Shown here: positions 31,540 through 44,703 of the stretch, piece by piece | How the letters are laid out: each line of letters opens with the position of its first letter | How positions within the stretch are numbered: position 1 is the stretch's first letter | NCBI RefSeq assembly: GCF_009914755.1 | Contig: NC_060946.1 | Strand: one strand, 5' to 3' | Origin: the human T2T-CHM13v2.0 reference genome, Homo sapiens | DNA length: 64,000 bases | Notes under the pieces: model-generated | What the model saw: only the letters and a program-made list of their open reading frames with translations | Told to the model about the DNA's origin: nothing | Databases searched by the model: none | Program-made: the position numbers and the translations under genes

Positions 31540-32200
31540 TTAGAATGGACTCCAAACTGCTAATCTGACCGTGCCTACAAGCCCCGAGCAGTCGGGCCCC
31601 TGCCTGCCTGAACTGTCTCTCCCCTCTCACCAGCAATGCCTTTTTCCTAAAATAGGCCCACTCCCCGTCCTGCCTTAGGACCTGCCCTCACTGTCCCCTT
31701 GCCCAACCCACTTCCTGCAGAGCTTGATACAGCTGGCTCCAGGGTGCCGGAGCCCATTGTTAAATATTCAGGAATTTTGCAATCCGGCTGACAGCTGACA
31801 TCACTTTGGTGGCTTGAAATTAGGAGTATTTACACCACGGGAATCAGCAGATGCTGCATATCAGAGCATTTATTTTTCTCTCCCCCTACCCCAGAGAGCC
31901 AGGTGTTTAAAAGTAGAATCACCAGAACACTAGTGGCTGGCTCCTCGTCATCACTCAGGGATTCTACTTCACTGTCACTGCCTCTCAGAGACCTTCCTGG
32001 TGGCCCAGACTAGGAACTCTCACGCACATCCCCTCTTCTAATTCTCTGCGTTCTTCTTTGTTGTCTGTCATTCTGGCCCCTCCCCTAGAATGTAAACTCC
32101 ATGAAGGCAGGGCATTTGTCTTTCTCCCCACTGCATCCCACCACTTAGAACAGCATCGCCATGTGGTTAAGTGCTTGGGAGTGTTTGTTGAATGAATAAA
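31540..32200 (+). mobile_element. L2 3' fragment (hosts the MER63A-like insert)
   Basis: ctagaatgtaaactccatgaaggcaggg and the L2 terminus tttgttgaatgaat. Other L2-like pieces lie near 4470-4600, 9410-9720, 15010-15480, 18200-18490 and 58385-58800. Confidence 0.65.
31735..31935 (+). mobile_element. MER63A-like DNA transposon remnant
   Basis: Contains ttgttaaatattcaggaattttgc, ggagtatttacaccacgg and gagagcc...accag. Confidence 0.6.
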
Positions 32201-32247
32201 TATGCCAGCCCTCTTGAATATAGACTATACTGCCTAGAAAGTTTTGA

Positions 32248-32547
<300 letters not shown>

Positions 32548-32589
32548 TGAGTATTATTTTGAACCTAACCTCAATCACTCACTGTAGTT

Positions 32590-32810
32590 CAGAGTTTCTC
32601 AATCTTAGCGCTATTCACATTTGGGCCTGGAAAGGAGAGTAGTGAGGCCTGTCCTGTGCATTGTAGGACATTGAACAGCATCCCTGGCCTCCACCCATCA
32701 GGGACCCATAGCATTCTTCCTCCCTGCAGCCACGACAACCAAAGATCTCTCTAGACATTGCCAAGTATGCCCTGGGGGGGGCAATATTGCCCCAGGGTGA
32801 AGAGCATTCC
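32590..32810 (+). mobile_element. MER20-like hAT-Charlie element
   Basis: Contains gtttctcaa, ctgtcctgtgcattgtagga, agcatccctggcctc and agacattgccaa. Confidence 0.75.
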
Positions 32811-33019
32811 CACTACCCTGTGGGAAGGGTGTTACTCTTCCCAGTTTGTAGCCAGGGACACTGAGGCCCAGAGAGGAACTGGACATGTCCAAGAGTCCCA
32901 CATGGGAACAGAATAGCTACCTTCTGGCTGACACCAAAGCCCATGCTCTCACCAACCTGTCCAGATGCTCAGGCCCCACAGCAACCCTCTGAGAGGGTCC
33001 CAAGAATTATACCTATGTA

Positions 33020-33125
33020 ACAGGTGAGGAAACTGAGGCTCAGAGAGGTGAATCACCTGCCCAGAGTCACACAGCACACGAGTGGCAGAGCCAGGATTCG
33101 ATCCCAGGCTTGTCTGCCTCCTAAA
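33020..33125 (-). mobile_element. MIR (one of roughly 30 MIR cores between 2.6 and 35 kb)
   Basis: gaggaaactgaggctcagagaggtgaatcacctgcccagagtcacacagc. Similar cores occur near 2630, 2975, 3375, 4690, 4920, 5355, 6345, 9960, 10920, 12270, 19260, 21800, 23130, 24015, 24855, 26060, 29940, 30925, 34005 and 34925. Confidence 0.8.
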
Positions 33126-34300
33126 CCCTCCCACTATCTCCTGGGGCAGGGACGCTCATTCACTCTCAAGCTCTCTCTCTCTCTCTCTCTTGCTCTTGCT
33201 ATCTCTGTTCAGCCCGAGCCTGCCAGGTTCCTGAGGCCCCACCTGAGTTGCCAGACGCAGGGGTTTAATTTTTCTATTGCTGGCTCCCAGACTGTTTATG
33301 GTTGACTCGGGCTCCTGGCAAAATGATCAGGGGCCGCGGACCAGCTCATCTCATGGATTCCCTCCACAAGAAGGCTGACCATTACTCACACATATCAGGG
33401 AACTATTCCTTGGGGGGCACAGGGAGAGCTGTCGGGTGGTAAAAAATACCTTGGCGCTACCATCCCACTGCTAGGAACACGTGCCCGATGGTGGCAGGCT
33501 GTGACCAGACCACAGGGTCTGAATGCCCCGAACAAGGAGAAGGTCTGCACATATAATCCTCCCCTCCCTTCCCCGGCCCCACACCGGCCCAATAGTGAGG
33601 CCTGAAATTGCTGACGCAGGGGCAGTGGGTCCCAGCCCGGCCCCGCCCTATGACATTGTGACATTTACTGAGCAAGTCCCCAGTGCCAGGCCCGGGGCTA
33701 AGTGCCTGAAGTACAGCCTGGCATCGTTTCCCCTCCAGCCGGCACCACTTGCAAGCCAATCTGTGCCTTTCATTTCTTCATCCCTAAGATGGGACAAACA
33801 ATAGCGACAATGCCACCATGCACTTCCTAGGTTCACTGATGCCCTATATACGAACCACCTGGTATATAGTCAGTGCTCAGTAAAATCTGGTGCTGGCATA
33901 TAGTACTTTCTCTGTGTTAAGCAGGCTTCTGAGTATCAACTCATATATATATTAACTTGCTGAATCCTTCTAGCCCCATGAGGCGGGAACTATTATTATT
34001 CTCTTTCACCGATGAGGAAATGAAGGAACAGAAAGATTAAGTAACCTGCCCAAGGACACACAGCCAGGAACTGGAATTGCTGGGGTTTGAACCCAGGTAG
34101 TCTGGCTTCAAAGCCTGTGCCCTTAGTCACATAATTATAATGCTAGCTAAAACATACTATTTGGTCCTCACAATATTTCTGTGAGGTACACACTTTTTTT
34201 TTCCTCTTGTCAATTTTATCTATGAGGAAAGAAAGCTGGGAGCAGTGAAGTGGCTTGTCTGAGATCACCCAGCTCGGAAGAATCAAAACGCCAGGGCTGA

Positions 34301-34747
<447 letters not shown>

Positions 34748-36371
34748 CTGTCATGGTGCTTTTTAAAAAGGCTTGGAAACCTCTAGTTTAAGACCCAGTT
34801 CTGGTCTGCACGAGGCTTAGCCAGATAAAATCAAATCCTAGCTCTCAGGTGAGGGCATTAAGGGGCAGGAAGGGAAGCCCAAGGCCAAAGGTCAACTATA
34901 GTCCTGTCCTGGCTCTGCGCCTGTGCTGTGTGACCTTGGCCAAGTTGCCTGCCCTCTCTGGGCTTTCGTTATCTCAACTGGAAAATGTTGTAGGGGAGGG
35001 GCACAAAAAACAGGAGAAGGTCTTTCCCATTCTAGAATTCTACCTAAACTTTCACATCAGTGCCATATTGATAGTGAAAAACCACAAGCTTGTGTTTTAG
35101 ATGTTCACCTACTACAATGTCACAGGGTCTATCACTGTCAAGTCTGGACGTCTAAGCTGCCAAGGCGAGTCCGAATATCTCCACGTACACACACCCAGGC
35201 AGGGAAAACTGGGTCAGCAGACACTGGCCCATGGCGGCCAGTGCAACAAGCTCTCAAAGACTTTCCACGATGATGCCGCCGCAGGCTCCTGCTGGTCTGC
35301 CTGAAGTCAGCCTTCTAAGAAGTTCTGAATTTCCATTCCTCCCAAAATGGCCACAGAGGCCTTGGCAGAGAGCCGGCCCCTGAGAACTGCCCCTCAGAGG
35401 GTACTCGGGAGCTGGAAGCAGCCCCTTTCCCAGAAGTCGTATAAAGGGGAGCAGGACTGGGGACCCTGGATCTCCCCTGCAGTCATACAGAAGCCAGGAG
35501 CAGGGGATGCACCTAGGGGATCACAGGCACTCCCAGGGAGCAGGGAACTGAGCCTCCTCCCAGGCCAGGCCAGGCCTGAGTGCACACGGCTCAGATTTCA
35601 GGACCAGTTTCTCTGTTTGTTGAAACCGCCAAACACCCCCATATCCACCCAAAATGTGGGCAAACCCAGCCTTTCTCTCTATTTCAGCCTCAATGTGGAT
35701 GGACTGTCAAAAAACACAACCGCCATTACCATCCGCTACACAATCTAATGTCAAAAATCTCAGACGCAGAGGAGGGAAGGTAGGGGCCTGCTGAGAACTA
35801 GGACACCAGTTTTTGCAGGCTTAAAAACAGATCAATTTTACTCTAAAGTTTAAAATGAAACATGCTCTTGTTTGGGGAAAGAATTTCATTAGGGGGAAAA
35901 TATAATATAAAAATACCCATTTAGAAAGAATGTGCTATTAATTCTTAGCACTCTATGCAGAGGGGAAAATTGCATTTTTATCTAAATGGTTTTTCTGCAT
36001 AAGCCATTTACAATATTCTTTGCCTGTCTGTAATAGGCCCTGCTACCATTAGTACTGGGACAACCAGGCTGAGGGCTGAAATCGCCCTCAAACACATTTA
36101 ATACATAACCTCTGAAAATCTATTCCAACAGGGACCTTAGCGAACAGGCCGGCATTCCTTTTTTTAAGGAAGAAATAAATACTGCTGGGTTGTGGGTCGG
36201 GGGGAGTTGGGGAGTGGTGTGCTGATGCCGAAGGAAGGGACAAGATGGTTTAAGTTAAAAACAAATGGTATGAGTCCCTTTAGCCAGATGTAAAATTGCA
36301 ATCGTTTTTTGGTTGGACGATTGCAACTATTTGATCGCCGGCATCTATATAGATGTGCGTGCTGGCATCCG

Positions 36372-36372
<1 letters not shown>

Positions 36373-36413
<41 letters not shown>
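36373..36413. repeat. (CA)~20 microsatellite
   Basis: Read directly. Other CA runs occur at about 37748-37771, 38159-38181 and 57723-57758. Confidence 0.93.
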
Positions 36414-36415
<2 letters not shown>

Positions 36416-39400
36416 GTTTCCATCAAACAAGCAAACAAGGAAAGGATGAAATTTGGGATATGAAAACAAACTATTTTTAAACGCTAAAGCAAACACACCA
36501 AGATAGTAATACTGCTATTTTCCCATTAAACCAAGTTTGTCTCAATTTGAAAAGCGAGAATAATCTAAACAATACTTCCAAACAAACTGCTCGGAGTCTG
36601 GGTGTTGTGGCCTCCGCCGTTCCTAACAACGGAAAAACCCCCTCTGTCGAGAAGCAAAAACACAGGCAGGGATGGGGCCGGCCGCTTCTCCACGTCCGGC
36701 CACGTCGCACCAAAGGAGTCCTCCCCCACATCTTACGCCTGGACGCCAAGACGTCTCAAACTTAAAAATGCAATACTTTTTCTTTTTTCCAAAAAGTTTT
36801 TTTAAAGTCTTCCAGCTCTTTCTCTCTTCGATTCCCAAAATAACTACTTACTTAATACCAAATGTTGGGGAACTAAATTAGTTCATTAAGGAAATGCAGG
36901 GGCCGTGATGGGCACCGAGCGTGGGGGCTCTTGCAACTTCGCTGCCATAAGCCAGAACGCCTCTGGCTGCTCTCTTCCGGCTTTACCTAGCCCATAAATT
37001 CTTCCTTTAAAACCAGGAGTCTAGAAATGTCATAATTATAGCTGATACAGGTAACAGGTGTGCCCCCCCCCCATGGCCCCTCCCAGCCCCACCACGGCCA
37101 TCCAGACAAGCCTCTGGAAGATTTAGTGGTCTTGCCTGGGGTGTCGTAATTACCGGAAACGACTCCAGTTTTAAGGGTTAGATAAAGACCCTCTCCAAAT
37201 TTAAGGCCAGACACCAATGTCCATTAGACTTTAACGGGCCCACATAAAAAAAGAAATTGTATCCTCATCTCTCCAAATGCCTGTTTCCTCAGCGCCTTCA
37301 GTTCATTTCAGGCTGGCTCAGCGCCGCAAAGACTCCGTCTGGCCCTCACTCTGCAAAGGCAAGGCCTTGGTGGGAACCGACGAGATGAGCGAGGAATTAA
37401 GCAAATGGTGGGGGGTGCCGAAAACACCATTTCTCAAAAACTGTTATGGCCGAACCCTGGCATTTTGATGGTTGTTTTTTGAGTGGAATTTTAGCCCATC
37501 TTCTGAAGGCAGAGAGACAGGAAGGCTGTGGGGAGCCCAGAGAGGAAGAGGGGGGCCCCCCAAAGAAGCCAGGCTGAAGTGCTCGCACCATCAAAATGAC
37601 ACATGCTCCCCTTTACAGACTCAGTGTTAGGAAAGGCCAAAGCTGAGGGCTGTTTTGCTTTGTTATTCCTTTTCTCAGCTTCCGAGACTTATGCATACTT
37701 TTTCTTCCTTCTTTGGAAGTCAAACGATGCATTTCTTAAAAGTTAAACACACACACACACACACACACACATCCTCCTACCACCACCACCACCATGTGTC
37801 AAGGAAGCAGCATAAAAGGTACTGCAAAGAGGTTGAAGATTCCCAACTGTCCACCCATGTGCAGAGACCTCTGGCCCACACGAGTGCTCAACTCCCAGTC
37901 AATTAAGAATTAATGCTGGGAAACTCTCAGGGTCGGAGAACCAAGGCACCAGAAGGAAGCCCGTGTTCTTTGGCCGTCTCCAAGGTTCTGGGAGGCTGGG
38001 TTTGCTCAACGACTGGGCTTTTTCTCCCTCCTCCTGGACGAGTGATGGTGAAAGGCGCCACTCGCCTCCTCTTCCTGTCCTGAGGAGGTGGTGGGAACCT
38101 AGACTACTGGTGGCCATTATTCTATGCCAGGCAATCCGGGCCCATTAATGCCCGTGCGCACACACACACACACACACACACTTCTAATCCCAGCAAAATG
38201 CTTCACAGGCGCTGAGCACAAAATAAATGCTTATTAACTAAACTGACCCAAAATAGTGAAATGTACAAGTAAATTAATCATGCCTTTCCCGGAGGCCTAA
38301 CAGGATTACAAATTCGGCAAAAATTGACCGCATGGAGATCAATACGCGTCTACTTCAAACTGAACGAGGCCAAAACTTTGCATGAGCTTCTTCTTGGGGG
38401 AGAAAATTATTTATTCATTTCTTATTAAGACTTCTCAGGCCTGTGTGGTATGTGTGCACGTGCACGTGCGTGTGTGCACGCAAGCAAAGCCCGGCAAAAG
38501 GCATTCAAAGCTTTCTGCCCAGACAATTTAGAAATAGTCATGGCATAAGGATCGTGAAATTGCTCCTGTTCTAAAAAGCCAAATTTTGATCTGCAGCCTC
38601 CCTTCCTTCAAATACTAAACAATCGCCAAAAGTTACATTGCAGGGGATGAAAATGGCCAATTTGTTTTTAGTCAATTAGGTCTCACTGCAAAAGCATTAA
38701 GGGCTTCTGAAGGCTGGACCTGGGGTCTCCTGGAAGGGAGGAAAGAAGAGACTCTTAATTTCTCCAGCTCCTTTCCACACTTGGCTTATCTCAAGTCAGG
38801 GAAATCTTCCTCTTGCTGGATTTGTCACTTACTTTGGTCCCCTTTTTGCCTACCATTCAGAGAAAGGAAAAATATATATATTGTGTGGGAGGGCATCATG
38901 GGGCACACTTGCATTTCAAGGCATTGGGACCTGCCTACAAGGTCTGTGAAAGCCAAGATCATCCCTGAGGGTCTTGCTAGGAGGGAAGCCTTAGTGGCCA
39001 CCTTACAGGATCACCAGGGGAAAGGTCACTCCCTTTTCCCACCCCCATCATCCCTCTTTTATGGAAGGATCTGGGCCTCAAGGGACCAGCTCCTCTGCAG
39101 GAATTGGCCACAGGCACGTCTGGGTCCTGACCTACCCAGGGCCCATCTGGGTCTTCATCCCCTTGAGCCTGCCTCGGCCACTAACTCAACAGAAACGGGT
39201 CCTGACTGCTAACAGACCCACAATGCGGTCATCCAGTCTCAGGCTGGGTCCTCCGGATCTACCTCCCCCATGCATGTGCAGCGATGTGGGAGCCCCGAGC
39301 CCCACAGGGAAAGCTTGGGCAAGAACCTTCTGTCCTTTGTGACGGCCGACACCAGCCGCCAAGTAATTCATACACCCTCAGCCTAGCCCAGGTGATGTTG

Positions 39401-42400
39401 TTATAAATGAATTCCACATTTATAAATTATTTTCCACTCGCGAACCCCAAGAGTCAGTAAACGACACTTCAACTCATGTTGACGCATTTCTCCCTGCCCC
39501 ATCCGTCCCTCTGCCATGCCCCTATCCTGAGAAAATACGCCGCACCCCAATTTCCATCTAGTCTTCCTCACTGGAGGTGCTTCTCTCTCTGCCTTCTGAT
39601 TTATTTGGAAATGAGGACCTACAGTGTCCACATCAGGATCGGGGCCCTAAAACTTGCAAGGACGCTTTCAAACAGCACACAGGGACCAGGAAGAACCCAC
39701 TAACTTCTCAGCAAATTCTCAACCAACCCCTGCTTTCTCTGGAAGACTGAGCTTTGGGGATTTCAAAGCAGGCTAGGTTTTCTGCCGACTTCCCCACCCC
39801 TTCTCTGATCATAAGATGGTCCCTCAGAAGTATTTTACTCCTGGTGGTCGCTGCCAATCACTCAACAATGCTTGTGTTCCAAGATCCAAGGGCGTCTGAA
39901 AACACTGCTTCACAGTAACTGAAAAGGGTCATATCTTTTTTTTTTTTTTTGACATCTCATCCTTCCCTGAATGACTGGATGAGCAAGAAGTTATGTGTGT
40001 GTGTGTGCACGCGTGTGTGTGTGCACGCACGTGTGTACGCATGTGCGCATGCGTGGAGGGGTTCACTTATTAACTGTCATCTCACGTTCCAGGAGTTCCC
40101 AAATAGGACCAAGAAAACCAGACCAGGCACACTGGGGCCCTCAACTTTGACGCAGAGAGATTTCTCCTAGTCATACCACGCAAAACGAGTGGCATCAGAA
40201 AGACCCCCCCAGACGGTGTCACTCCAGGGAAATTTTTGTCCCAAGTGTTGAGATCAAACAAAACCATCATGCCCAAAACTCTTTAAATTCTTCTCAGCAC
40301 TGAGAAGAAAAAAACTACTTTTAAATCCTCACAATTGAATGCATCAACGGGCCACTTAGTTCTCATGAGTCAGGCTGCTCGAAGAGCGAGCAGGAAAAAC
40401 AAAGCTGCAAGGGTGCCTCAGCACCAAAGTTAGTCCACGTTTCCTCCAAAGACATGACCATGGCCATATACTTCTGAGTAACTATGCAGATTGTTTTTGA
40501 GACATGCAGGATAAAAACAAGACCTGGTTCTCTTGTGGGTATCTTTGAAGTCCCCAACTTTCCAAAGATCTTCTATAGCAATGGGTCCCAAATACGCCTC
40601 CGCCAAGGGGTCTCCCTGTTTCCCTAAACTATTTCCCAACACACCTTGCATCTCCCAAACCAAATACCAGCATAGGTAAGTCAAACTGTAGCCCAAGAAA
40701 CCGAGATAGACAGAAGGAGCAAAATCCTAGGAGCAAACATTTTGGGGGAGTCCAAGATTTTCCACAGAGAGATCAAAGATGGGAATAAGATGGAAGCTTC
40801 TGGGCACATAGTTGATCCTATAAACTCCAGGGGAAGTAGGGCAAGGTGAGTTCGCTGGACTCAGAGCTTTCAAGATGAGAACACGAAAACGTGATTTCCC
40901 TCAACAATGTGAGTTTATATGGGGATGTTTATTGGGGAATTTTTTCTCCCTTTTTGGACAAGTCCATTCCATGGAAGATGTTCCTTCTGGGACATTCACA
41001 GAGAGCCAGCATGTTATTACAAATGCTCTAAGACCTCCAAACTGCTAGATTCAGTTGCCTTATGTTTAAAGGGCATTTGGGTCCCTACGATGATGCGTAA
41101 ATCGTGAAAAGATACGCATGCAATCACTATAAAGTTCTCTCTGCTCCGGCTTCTCAAGGAAGTGGTGATTATGAAATCCCACCAGCTTTCTCAGCCTAGA
41201 GAGAATGACAATTTGGGATGCTGTGGCTAGGACAAGTCCTGACTCAGGAGGTACCTAGGGTGCCAGTCCAATATGGTCTTGTCAGGCCCAAACTGGAAGC
41301 TATCGGGAACCCAGTTTCAACCCCTTGGATTTCAAGACTGGGAGAAACCCGTGGCCATTTCTCCCCTCTGTGCCCTTTTGGGCAAACACCGGGTTGGGAG
41401 CAGATACTTCACTGGCTGCTCAAACCTCGGAGGCTGCTGATTAAAATGAAGGCCGGCACACAAAGCGGGTCTCAGCATCCTATAATAATTACATCCCGAG
41501 AACATGATGCCTTTCAAAAGTCCCTCCCCACACAAGTAAATGAAACTTAACTCTGCTTCTCAATCCTGGTCACAAAATAAGTTTGGAGGTTTTGCCCCCT
41601 GAAGCGCACACTTGACGGGGTATCATCTCACCCACGCTCTGCAAAGCGGCTGATCACCCAGGTGAGGCTGCATGCTGTCCTGTCATCGGAAGATGGCGGG
41701 AAATGACCAGGGCCACCTTCGTGCGGGGTGACCCATCGGGCACAATGTGCCAGGATCCCAGAACCATCTCTCCTTTTGAGGCCTGTTCACAGTTTCTCGG
41801 GGCCCTGGGTGGCTCTGAGCTGGGGACTGTGGCTGAGCTGTTCTGCATCAGGACACAGAGGGTCCCTGCAGGCAGGACCATGACTAATTTGAAAGCCCAG
41901 TGTCGTCTCCGCCACGTCGTTGGTACAAAAAGATTACAATAAAGGCTAGGAATTTCCATAAATGAGAAGCAGCGTCCGCTTCCCACAACTGGTGGGGGTA
42001 GGTGGGGGGGGAGTAAAGAAGGGGAGGGGGCACTGATTCAAAGATTCCTCTCCTGGCAGGAAACTGGTGTTAGCTGAACTCAGCCAGAGAGACACCTCCA
42101 CGCACGCTCACGCACAAAACCCAGCGAGGGGCGACGTGCGTCTGCTACTGAAATACTCCAGATCAAAGTCACCCACAGCCCAGGAGGCCCGGGAGGCTGA
42201 GATTTCGTAATTAGGATCTTCAAAATCCTCCCTCTATTTTTAGGACTCACGCTCATTCAGTCCTTTACAGAATCAGAACCTGTCAGCTAAGGCCATTGAG
42301 ACTGAAGGGTGAGCTCCTTTCCCCGCTCGCCTTCAGAAAGCAGATTAAGGGTAAACTGGAGGAGTGACTCCAGATTGGATGGAAATACACTCGGCCATGC

Positions 42401-43630
42401 ATATGTATATATGCGGATGCTGGGATGGGGCGAGGGGGAGAGAGGGGGGCTTCTTCACACACTGAACTGCATGGGGCCCTGCTTTGCTCCCCTGAGATAC
42501 AGACCCAGAGCTTCCACCCACCTCAGCTGTGCTCTTTCGAGCTGGCCCCCAGACCACTTCATTTGGCTCCAGTGTGTGTGAGAAGGCGAGGAGGCTTGAA
42601 AAATTTCCTCCAAATGTCCCTCTTCTCAATCACGCACTCATGTATACATCAACATCTCCACCAAGAGCGATCAAATCCCACACTCAAATCTGTCCACCCA
42701 AGACGCGCCTAAATATAGACACCGTCCTAAAACAAACACATCGTCGGCAAGTCAAAATCCTGACTTGAGTCAAAATGATGAGGTTGGGCGATCCTGGCCC
42801 CTCCAGACCAGAGAACTGGGTGGAACAAGCAGCGGGTAGTGAGAAAAGGACAGAAGGTGAAACCACTGGTTGCAGCCCCCCACCCCCTCCGACAAACAGA
42901 GGACCGCTCTGGCATGAGAGGATTTGGTGTTTTTATGTTGCGGTGTGCTTGGGAGGCCTGCTTGCTCCCACACACTCCCCAGACATTTGATCCTATTATA
43001 TAAAGCTACAGCCTTTTAATCTCTAAAAATAACCAAACAGAGGTAAATACAGTATTCCTTACCAAGAGTGTTTATCTCTCCTAAATGCTTTCGGCAAAGC
43101 TGATCACTCCCTGGGCAAAGAACACAATCCGACGTCATTGTCATTCAGGTGGAGAGAAACGGGTCACAAGTGATTCTGCTACATTTTCCAGCATAAAGTG
43201 AGTTTAGGAGATCCTGTGAAATCCCAGTGACCCACTCAAGTTGGCCCTTCCACAGTGGGAAGAATTTTCCTCCTCTAATTTCACCTGGTCCTGCCGGACT
43301 ATTTATTAAAAATGTATATTTTATATCAGCACAGGGTATCAAGTAACTTCTTGGCAAGAGTAGCCGCATTTTCAAAACCTATTAAGATTCTTTGTGGAAA
43401 TTTAAATACCTCTGTCAGGCAAACAAAATCATATCAGGAATCATAGAATTTCCTTGCTAGAAAGAGAAATTAGATTAACTAACTCTCACTCCTTTCCTAG
43501 AAACCTCAATAAACTAGAAGTACATTTCAACAGTTCCTTATTTCCGGTCTGAAGGGGCCTCACAAGAAATCTAAATGAATTTATATTAAAGAAAGCTATA
43601 CTTGAGGAAAGCCCTTCAATCTATAAAAAT

Positions 43631-43633
<3 letters not shown>

Positions 43634-43663
<30 letters not shown>
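43634..43663. repeat. (AT)~15 microsatellite
   Basis: Read directly. Confidence 0.93.
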
Positions 43664-43666
<3 letters not shown>

Positions 43667-44664
43667 AATATATAAATATATTTTGCATATTAGAAAGCAA
43701 TGGCTATTTAAAATCAAAACAGCCAGAAAACCCAGTGGTAGAAAACCATGACAAGTTCAACACTGCCAGCTTTCAGCCCCTTAAAACATCCTTGTCCTTT
43801 ATTAATATTTAGTAGAAATGTATGATTGCAGATGTGTGTTAGGTTGGGGTTTTATGTCAGGAGGCGGGCAAAGTAGACAGGTTTATTACAGCCATGAAAT
43901 ATTAAACAAGCACCAAAGAACAGTAGTTTGATGTCCTGGGATATCCAGGGAGCAGGGAGGCCCAAACGTCAGCTGCACAAAGGGGGCCCTATCTGTTTAC
44001 ATTATCCCTTATTAACACCTGCGAAGTTTTGGGTTACATCTTCCGGAGGCGCAAAAGTCACATGAAGGCATACAACTCGTGCTGGGTAATTTCACAGGGA
44101 AACAGGATTGCAAAGCTCTTTGCCTTCCCCCAAACAAGTTCAAATGAGCCTTAAAAATTCTCTCAGGAAAACAGTGCTTTGCTCTGAGGCTAGGACCTAC
44201 CTGCCCCCCCGCCCCAAGTCTGCCCTATGTCTAAAGAAATTCCATGTTCAAATCTTGCCTGCCTAGGATTGCTCAGTGCTGTTACTGTGTTCTGACTGCA
44301 ACACTGAGAGAAGCATGAAATTCCAAAAATTTCTCTGGCATCACTGTAAAAATATCATACTTCCAAAAAGGGCAGGATTGCTTGCAGAGTGTGTACCGAG
44401 ACTGCTCCCATTTCAATGTATGTGAAAGAGTACTTCAAGACTGCCCTGGGTTTCAAGATAGAGCTACCAGGGGAAAGGAGGTTTGGCAAAGATAAACGTA
44501 TTACAGAATACGGTTAATTCAACTTTTGAAAATTGTAAGGGGCAGGAGGGGAGAAAACGTACTTTTTCCAACTTAATATGCATTATCTATAATCTATCAT
44601 TATCTCTCCTCTCTGTGTTGAAATTCTTCCGTAGCCACACACCTATTACAAAGATAGGTGGATG

Positions 44665-44703
44665 AAGACTATACTTTCAGGGATCATTTCTATAGTGTGT
44701 TAC
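44665..44703 (+). pseudogene. 3'-truncated U3 snoRNA retrocopy (U3 nt 1-39) with target-site duplication
   Basis: AAGACTATACTTTCAGGGATCATTTCTATAGTGTGTTAC matches the 5' end of human U3. It is flanked by the direct repeat AAAGATAGG(T/C)GGATG at 44650-44664 and 44704-44718. No poly(A) tail. Confidence 0.9.

Noticed and set aside
44665-44703. Functional U3 snoRNA gene
   Set aside because: Only 39 nt, with no C/D boxes or snRNA-type promoter, and flanked by a TSD.
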